The position numbers and the translations under genes are program-made. The notes below the pieces were generated by a model that saw only the letters and a program-made list of their open reading frames with translations, had not been told where the DNA came from and searched no databases. Of a DNA stretch of 64,000 nt, positions 58,188-64,000 are shown piece after piece. Source of the DNA: Blautia celeris (GTDB lineage Bacteria > Bacillota > Clostridia > Lachnospirales > Lachnospiraceae); assembly GCF_014287615.1 (NCBI RefSeq), contig NZ_JACOOU010000010.1, positions 17,901 to 81,900 of the forward strand, given 5' to 3'. The stretch's first letter is position 1; the number at the start of each line of letters is the position of its first letter.

Positions 58188-58263
58188 GATTCTTTTCCTT
58201 TCACTCTTTTTCCGCTACGTTTATGCGGAAATTTTAAAACCGCCTTTGGCGATGGGCTTTTTA

Positions 58264-59265
58264 TCAAAAATCTGTGGTGCACCGTTTTTCCAGACGGCAC
58301 CGCACATATTTTCTGTGCTCCACGCTTTCTCCTTTTAAGACCTCCATCAGGGAGTCAATTGTCATCTTGCACAGCAAGTCACCCCTGCCGTCTATGGATG
58401 TCAGCTCCGGCTCACATCCAATGGAAAGTTCTGAATTATTGTAACCTATAATACTGATATCCTGCGGTACGGACAGCTTCTTTGCCTTGGCGTATTTTAC
58501 TGCGCCCACTGCCAGACCGTCATCTGTGGCAATGACACCGTCAAACACCAGATCTCTTCTGGCCAGCAGAATATCCCGCACCAGATGGATCTCATTTTTG
58601 ATGTAGACCTTGCGCTCCCCGAACACCGGAATGCCTGCAGCCTTCAGGGCATCCTCATACCCCTGCAGCTTATGCATGGCACTGTATGAATAAGAATCAC
58701 TGAGAAACAGGATCTGCTTTCTGCCTGAGGCGATCATAGCGGAAACGGCATCAAACACGGACTGGTAGTCATCTGTGAGCATACAGTAGATATTCTCCCC
58801 GTCAATGAAACCGTTCATAATAAACACGGGGATCTCTTCGGAAGCCTTCTTAATATAAGTAATGTCTTCCCCGTACTCCTTGTCCCCCGCGTAGCAGGAG
58901 CCCACTAAAAGCAGCGCGTCAATGCGTTTCTGCAGAATCATCTGCACAGAGATCTCCTTATCCTCCTGCTCATATCCGCTGCAGTATAAAATGCAGTCAT
59001 AACCGTAATTTCTCAGGTTCTTCTCCAGATATGCCACAGCAGATGCCATATAATGGTCTGAAACACTTGGACAGATGATTCCCACTGTCTTCATGGAGTT
59101 CAGGCTCATGCCCCTGGCAAATACATTGGGTATATAGTCATTTGCTGCCATGACTGCCCGTACCTTTTCTTTTGTCTTTTCACTCACCTTTGGGCTGTCA
59201 TTGACCACTCGTGATACGGTGGCAATGGAAACCCCTGCAAGCTTCGCGATATCGTATATGTTCAT
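58264..59265 (-). CDS. LacI-family transcriptional regulator
   Basis: N-terminal HTH (MNIYDIAKLAGVSIATVSRVVN) plus a periplasmic-binding-fold effector domain. Confidence 0.9.
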   Translation of the reverse strand: MNIYDIAKLAGVSIATVSRVVNDSPKVSEKTKEKVRAVMAANDYIPNVFARGMSLNSMKTVGIICPSVSDHYMASAVAYLEKNLRNYGYDCILYCSGYEQEDKEISVQMILQKRIDALLLVGSCYAGDKEYGEDITYIKKASEEIPVFIMNGFIDGENIYCMLTDDYQSVFDAVSAMIASGRKQILFLSDSYSYSAMHKLQGYEDALKAAGIPVFGERKVYIKNEIHLVRDILLARRDLVFDGVIATDDGLAVGAVKYAKAKKLSVPQDISIIGYNNSELSIGCEPELTSIDGRGDLLCKMTIDSLMEVLKGESVEHRKYVRCRLEKRCTTDF

Positions 59266-59291
59266 AATCCCACGTTCCTTTCGCTGTGGAA

Positions 59292-59307
59292 GTGTAAGCC
59301 CTTACAC
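59292..59307. promoter_or_regulatory. palindromic LacI-type operator GTGTAAGCCCTTACAC
   Basis: 7-bp inverted arms (GTGTAAG/CTTACAC) around CC, 27 nt upstream of the lacI-family start codon. A second copy lies at 59473-59488. Confidence 0.5.
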
Positions 59308-59441
59308 TTTATTTTTCATTATACAGACAGGAAAACAAAAAAGCAATTCTTTTTGCCGCGATATTTTTCACAAGTTTTCTCTTTTATTTTTGTGAAACAT
59401 TAATAAAATTCTTGTTTTTTGTCCAATTTTTAAAATTCATG

Positions 59442-59470
59442 TTGACGAACTCCCCACCAAGTTGTAGATT
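59442..59470 (+). promoter_or_regulatory. putative uxaA promoter (TTGACG-17-TAGATT)
   Basis: The -35 and -10 hexamers sit immediately upstream of the second operator copy. Confidence 0.4.
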
Positions 59471-59472
59471 TA

Positions 59473-59488
59473 GTGTAAGCCCTTACAT
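59473..59488. promoter_or_regulatory. second LacI-type operator copy GTGTAAGCCCTTACAT
   Basis: 15 of 16 positions identical to the 59292 site. It overlaps the predicted uxaA transcription start. Confidence 0.5.
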
Positions 59489-59543
59489 TTCATACTTAGC
59501 TATTATATGGAATCGCATTTTATAAAGGAGGATGAATATTCCC

Positions 59544-61025
59544 ATGCAGACTTATCTGAAGATTCATCCGGATGACAGTGTTGCCGTAGCGCTTGCTCCG
59601 CTTGCAGCAGGCACCTCTGTCCATTTGGATCACAAGGAAATCCTGTTATCAGAAGATATCCCCCAGGGTCACAAGTTTGCCCTGAAGGACATCCGGGCAG
59701 GGGAGGCAGTTATAAAGTACGGCTCTCCCATCGGACAGGCCAGGGAGGACATCGCCCAAGGCTCCTGGATTCATACCCATAATATGAAAACAGGCCTGGG
59801 AGATCTTCTTACCTATACTTATCATAAGGATGCGGCAGAGCTTGCCCCCACTGAGGAGCGCTTCTTTCACGGGTACAGAAGAAGCAATGGCCAGGCCGGT
59901 GTCCGCAATGAAATCTGGATCATTCCAACCGTCGGCTGCGTCAACAACGTGGCAGAAGCCATTGAAAAACAGGCACAGATCTATAAGACCGGCACCATTG
60001 ATGACATCGCAGCCTTTCCTCATCCCTACGGATGTTCCCAGATGGGGGAGGATCAGGAACACACACGCAGGATACTGGCAGACTTGATCAACCACCCCAA
60101 TGCAGGGGGCGTCCTTGTATTGGGCCTGGGGTGTGAGAACAGCAATATAGAGGAACTGAAGCGATATATCGGTTCCTACGATCCCAAAAGAGTTCGTTTC
60201 CTGGTGGCACAGGAATCTGAGGATGAGATCCGCGACGGGCTTGCCGTCATCCGGGAACTTGCAGAATATGCAGGCAGTTTTTCAAGAGAACCCATAAGCT
60301 GCAGGGAACTTGTCATCGGCATGAAATGCGGCGGCAGCGACGGTCTGTCCGGCATCACAGCCAACCCGACCGTGGGCGGTTTCTCAGACCTGCTCATCTC
60401 CAAAGGAGGCACTACGATCCTCACCGAGGTACCGGAAATGTTCGGCGCGGAGACACTGCTTATGAATCGCTGCGCCAATGAAGCGCTGTTTGACAGGACC
60501 GTTGAACTAATCAATGACTTTAAAAATTATTTCAAAAGCCACAACCAGACCATCTATGAAAACCCGTCCCCCGGCAATAAAAAGGGAGGGATCTCCACGC
60601 TGGAAGACAAATCCATGGGATGCACACAAAAATCAGGCAGCGCGCCTGTAAAAGGTGTTCTCGCCTACGGGGAACCGGTAAAGGAAAAGGGTCTGAACCT
60701 GCTCAGCGCCCCGGGCAATGATCTGGTGGCCTCCACAGCCCTGGCTGCATCAGGCGCCCATATTGTCCTGTTCACCACAGGAAGAGGCACCCCTTTCGCC
60801 TCCCCTGTGCCCACCGTGAAAATCTCCAGCAATACTGCCCTCTATGAGAAGAAAAAAAACTGGATCGACTTCAACTGCGGTCCCATGACAGAGGGTGTGC
60901 CCTTAGAGGAGCTGAGCAGTCAGCTTTTTGAGTATGTGCTGCAGGTCGCTTCCGGTGAGAAAGTCAAAGCAGAGAAAGCCGGTTTTCATGACATGGCTAT
61001 TTTCAAACAGGGTGTTACGCTTTAA
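59544..61025 (+). CDS. uxaA: altronate dehydratase (UxaA family)
   Basis: N-terminal SAF domain and C-terminal UxaA/GarD domain (IWIIPTVGCVNN, GCSQMGED). Confidence 0.9.
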   Translation: MQTYLKIHPDDSVAVALAPLAAGTSVHLDHKEILLSEDIPQGHKFALKDIRAGEAVIKYGSPIGQAREDIAQGSWIHTHNMKTGLGDLLTYTYHKDAAELAPTEERFFHGYRRSNGQAGVRNEIWIIPTVGCVNNVAEAIEKQAQIYKTGTIDDIAAFPHPYGCSQMGEDQEHTRRILADLINHPNAGGVLVLGLGCENSNIEELKRYIGSYDPKRVRFLVAQESEDEIRDGLAVIRELAEYAGSFSREPISCRELVIGMKCGGSDGLSGITANPTVGGFSDLLISKGGTTILTEVPEMFGAETLLMNRCANEALFDRTVELINDFKNYFKSHNQTIYENPSPGNKKGGISTLEDKSMGCTQKSGSAPVKGVLAYGEPVKEKGLNLLSAPGNDLVASTALAASGAHIVLFTTGRGTPFASPVPTVKISSNTALYEKKKNWIDFNCGPMTEGVPLEELSSQLFEYVLQVASGEKVKAEKAGFHDMAIFKQGVTL

Positions 61026-61088
61026 CACATTTCGCGTGACAGCGCCTGTGGATGGTAATGTAAATATAACAACAGGGGAATAAAAATC

Positions 61089-62588
61089 ATGGAAAAACTC
61101 AGTTATCAGATATTAAAAGAACAGAATTACAAAGGCTATCTTCTCCGGGAGGCTCCCGAACGTGTCCTCCAATTTGGGGAAGGAAATTTTATGCGTGCCT
61201 TTACAGACCATTTTATTGATATGTTGAATGAAAAGACAGGTTTCAACGGCAAGGCAGTTCTTGTCCAGCCCCGGCCAAAACGCCCCGGCCACAGCCTGGC
61301 TGATGACCTGAACACCCAGGAAGGGCTTTACACCTTATATCTGCGCGGCTTTGAAAACGGAAGAAAGGTCAGTGACAAGCGTGTCATCTCCTGTGTCAGC
61401 CGCTGCCTGAATGCCTATGAAGATTACGACGCGGTCATGGCCTGCGCCGAAAATCCTGATCTGCGCTTTATCACCTGCAACACCACCGAGGCCGGAATCG
61501 TATACGACCCTGCCTGCAGGTTTCAGGACAGACCGGCCTCCAGCTTTCCGGGCAAGCTGACCCAGTTTCTCTACCGCCGTTATGAAGTCTTCGGCAGCGA
61601 AAAAGGAAAGGGATTCGTTATTCTTCCCTGTGAGCTTATTGCGGAAAACGGAAAAGAGCTGAAAAAATGTGTGCTTTCGTATGCCGCACAGTGGGATCTG
61701 GAGGAAGGCTTCCTTACATGGCTGGAGGAGGAGAACATGTTCTGCTCCACGCTTGTGGACCGCATTGTCACCGGCTTTCCCAAAGGGGAAGCGGATGCGC
61801 TGAATGAGGAAAACGGCTATCTGGACGCCGCCATGGATACCGGTGAAGTCTTTGCCTTCTGGGTCATTGAGGGACCTGCTGCTTTAAAACAGGAACTTCC
61901 ATTTGAGAAGGCCGGACTTCCGGTCCTCATCACAGATGACCACAAACCATACAAGGAGCGCAAGGTCCGAATCTTAAACGGCGCTCATACCTCCATGGTC
62001 ATGGGGGCATATCTGGCCGGGTTCGATATCGTGCGGGACTGTATGGAGGATGATGTAGTCTGCGGCTTTATGAATAAAGCAGTCCATGAGGAGATCATCC
62101 CCACCCTGTCTCTTCCCAAAGAGGAGCTGGAGAGTTTCGCCTCCGCCGTCACAGAGCGTTTTAAAAACCCGTTTATCGACCATGCACTGCTGTCCATCTG
62201 CCTGAATTCCACCTCCAAATGGAAAGCCAGGGTCCTGCCGTCCCTGAAGGCGTATATGGACAGGACAGGAAAACTGCCGCTCTGTCTCACAGCCTCCTTT
62301 GCCTTCTATCTGGCGTTTTACCGGGGGAAGGAACTGACAGACGCGGGTCTTGCTGCCGTACGTCCGGACGGTGGTGCTTATACTGTGTCGGACGACAGAA
62401 ATGTTCTCTCCTTTTTTGCAGCACATAAGGATGATACCACAGAGGAATACGTGCACGCGGTCTGTGGCAATGAAGCACTCTGGGATATGGATCTGTGCTC
62501 TATACCCGGATTTGAAGCCGCTGTCACAGATATGCTGAACAAGATCCAGCGCGACGGCGCATATGAAATGATGAAATCCGTCTGCTGA
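61089..62588 (+). CDS. uxaB: tagaturonate reductase (altronate oxidoreductase)
   Basis: Mannitol-dehydrogenase-family Rossmann N-terminus (RVLQFGEGNFMRAF) and UxaB-type length of 499 aa. Confidence 0.88.
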   Translation: MEKLSYQILKEQNYKGYLLREAPERVLQFGEGNFMRAFTDHFIDMLNEKTGFNGKAVLVQPRPKRPGHSLADDLNTQEGLYTLYLRGFENGRKVSDKRVISCVSRCLNAYEDYDAVMACAENPDLRFITCNTTEAGIVYDPACRFQDRPASSFPGKLTQFLYRRYEVFGSEKGKGFVILPCELIAENGKELKKCVLSYAAQWDLEEGFLTWLEEENMFCSTLVDRIVTGFPKGEADALNEENGYLDAAMDTGEVFAFWVIEGPAALKQELPFEKAGLPVLITDDHKPYKERKVRILNGAHTSMVMGAYLAGFDIVRDCMEDDVVCGFMNKAVHEEIIPTLSLPKEELESFASAVTERFKNPFIDHALLSICLNSTSKWKARVLPSLKAYMDRTGKLPLCLTASFAFYLAFYRGKELTDAGLAAVRPDGGAYTVSDDRNVLSFFAAHKDDTTEEYVHAVCGNEALWDMDLCSIPGFEAAVTDMLNKIQRDGAYEMMKSVC

Positions 62589-62599
62589 TTCTTTAAAAA

Positions 62600-62666
62600 A
62601 TAAAAGTGCCCCATATGGAAGCCTGTAAATTTCCGGTTTTCCATATGAGGCACTTTTATTTTGTTC
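62600..62666. terminator. bidirectional rho-independent terminator
   Basis: AAAAGTGCCCCATATGGAA ... TTCCATATGAGGCACTTTT flanked by A and T runs. Confidence 0.8.
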
Positions 62667-62731
62667 CGCATTTCTCACCCGCTGTATTCTGAATCCGGAG
62701 GACACCGCCGCATAAAATACATGTCCGCCGC

Positions 62732-63583
62732 TTATCCCTCCGCCTGTTTCTCTGCGACAGCACAGATTGTCGTATCCCGGCCTGTAAACGCCTTTCCTGC
62801 CACATTATCATAAAATTCCGTGCAGCACAGCCCTGCACGCTCTATTTCCTTTTTTAAGGTTTCCCTGGTGTACCGCTGGTTCCAAAGATTATAACAGTGG
62901 CAGTCCTCCTCTGTGATTACCAGATACTGCTCCAGAGTGTTATCTGTCTCGGGATATCTGTAATTGCGCTGAATGACCACATGAGGTCCGGCTGACCAGA
63001 ATCCCTTATCCTGATACTGAACCGTCTCCAGTTCTTCAAAAGGCAGAGCACGGGTAAATCCGTCAAGAATAAGGATTCCACCCTGTTTCAGTGCCTTTTT
63101 TATTTTCCCCAGCAGAATCCTCCTGTCCTTTGGAGGCAGTACACCGAAATCACAATAGATCAAAGTTATGACATCAAATGCATTCTCCTCATCCATATCC
63201 AGATAATTCTTATATTCATACCGGATGTCCCTCTTTGTCCCGGCAGCATGTTCTCTGGCGTATTGGACGGACCGTCTGGAAAAATCAAGACCTGTCACCT
63301 GAAATCCCCTGTCATCAAACAGCTCTGCATAGAGTCCCGGTCCGCATCCCAGGTCCAGAAGCTTCTTTCCCGCTCCTCCCCCGCAGCGCTCTGCAATCCA
63401 GTCCGCGGATCTTTGTATAAATTCATGCTTCCTGGTTGCGCCTTCCGCATCCGGGTCCAAGTGCGCCTCCAGCATATATCCGGAAATATTCTCATCATCC
63501 CAGAAAGCGGAGGAGCTGGCTTCATATATCTGCGGTTTTTGTTTTATATACTCAATCAGTTTCCTGCTGCTGTTATTTTCCAA
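62732..63583 (-). CDS. class I SAM-dependent methyltransferase
   Basis: Motif I LDLGCGPGLY and the post-I acidic residue. Start uncertain: a TTG at 63583 with an AGGGAG RBS is proposed, but upstream ATGs at 63628 and 63649 are possible. Confidence 0.7.
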   Translation of the reverse strand: MENNSSRKLIEYIKQKPQIYEASSSAFWDDENISGYMLEAHLDPDAEGATRKHEFIQRSADWIAERCGGGAGKKLLDLGCGPGLYAELFDDRGFQVTGLDFSRRSVQYAREHAAGTKRDIRYEYKNYLDMDEENAFDVITLIYCDFGVLPPKDRRILLGKIKKALKQGGILILDGFTRALPFEELETVQYQDKGFWSAGPHVVIQRNYRYPETDNTLEQYLVITEEDCHCYNLWNQRYTRETLKKEIERAGLCCTEFYDNVAGKAFTGRDTTICAVAEKQAEG

Positions 63584-63614
63584 ATATTTTCTCCCTGTCC
63601 TGTTTCTGCCGTGT

Positions 63615-63938
63615 CTACCGGTTTCCATCACTGCAGTTTGCCGCGTCAATGGCGATCACCGTCAGCAGGCCGATCAGCTCATCGTCCTGGCAGGCATAGT
63701 CGATCACATACGTGTCCCCCCAGTGAAAGGGCTCTTTCCTGATATGCATGATCGGGCAGCATTCCTGATAGACATCGTAATCCCATTCCAGAAAATCGCC
63801 TTCCACTCTCCAGTCATTATAGTCGATCTCATATTTGGGCTTAAACAATGCAAAGCGTTTTTGGATACTCCCCAGAGCCCTGCCCCCTGCAATCAGCTCA
63901 AACCGGGGCATGACAGTCATCAGTTTTTCTTTCACCAT
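63615..63938 (-). CDS. LURP-one-related / tubby C-terminal-like (DUF567-type) protein, possibly incomplete
   Basis: FALFKPKYEIDYNDWRVEGDFLEWDYDVY resembles LOR-family strands. At 107 aa it is short for the family, and another frame entering from beyond position 64000 stops at about 63941. Confidence 0.45.
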   Translation of the reverse strand: MVKEKLMTVMPRFELIAGGRALGSIQKRFALFKPKYEIDYNDWRVEGDFLEWDYDVYQECCPIMHIRKEPFHWGDTYVIDYACQDDELIGLLTVIAIDAANCSDGNR

Positions 63939-64000
63939 GCCTACTTCCTCACCGGTATCGTGACGGTAAATGTGTATCTTATGGCCAATAGACAGAAACT

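Overview
This 64-kb window reads like a chromosomal segment of a Firmicutes/Clostridia genome, probably a Lachnospiraceae-like gut anaerobe (inferred from gene content only; GC is roughly 50% by eye). Most genes are on the minus strand, and coding density is high.

Recognisable housekeeping blocks:
- pyrC (partial, off the window start) and a cold-shock gene with a long 5' UTR.
- A 7TMR-DISM/GGDEF diguanylate cyclase, followed downstream on the minus strand by malQ.
- An ecfA1-ecfA2-ecfT-truA operon preceded by a HAD-GNAT fusion gene.
- The classic tig-clpP-clpX-lon-engB block.
- proC.
- A GH112 lacto-N-biose phosphorylase.
- A lysine-riboswitch-controlled NhaC-family transporter.
- A cysK-metY-Rrf2 (CymR-like) sulfur-assimilation unit.
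- A two-component system co-operonic with VTC, DUF4956 and a beta-helix lipoprotein.
- An AraC/GyrI plus ABC-2 efflux module.
- Uracil permease.
- A LacI-controlled hexuronate locus: TRAP dctPQM-uxaC on one side, uxaA-uxaB divergent on the other, with two palindromic operators.

I found no rRNA, CRISPR array, IS element or intact prophage.

The signals the gene track does not explain:
1. A 221-bp, about 70% GC element built from two perfectly matching 51-bp inverted arms around a 119-bp imperfectly palindromic core, at 53608-53828.
2. A family of 74-bp tandem repeats, each unit made of two ~19-bp sub-motifs spaced ~37 bp apart, present at two intergenic loci about 24 kb apart (29.05-29.34 kb and 53.04-53.56 kb).
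3. A hypothetical-rich neighbourhood (29.5-35.4 kb) holding a tandem pair of WYL-domain regulators divergent from an SPFH protein with a novel N-terminal domain, a DUF2089 three-gene operon, a cytidylate-kinase-like ATPase and a tRNA 3'-end-like fragment.

These are the best candidates for undescribed biology in the window. Every call is from reading the sequence and the ORF translations; no database searches were run.
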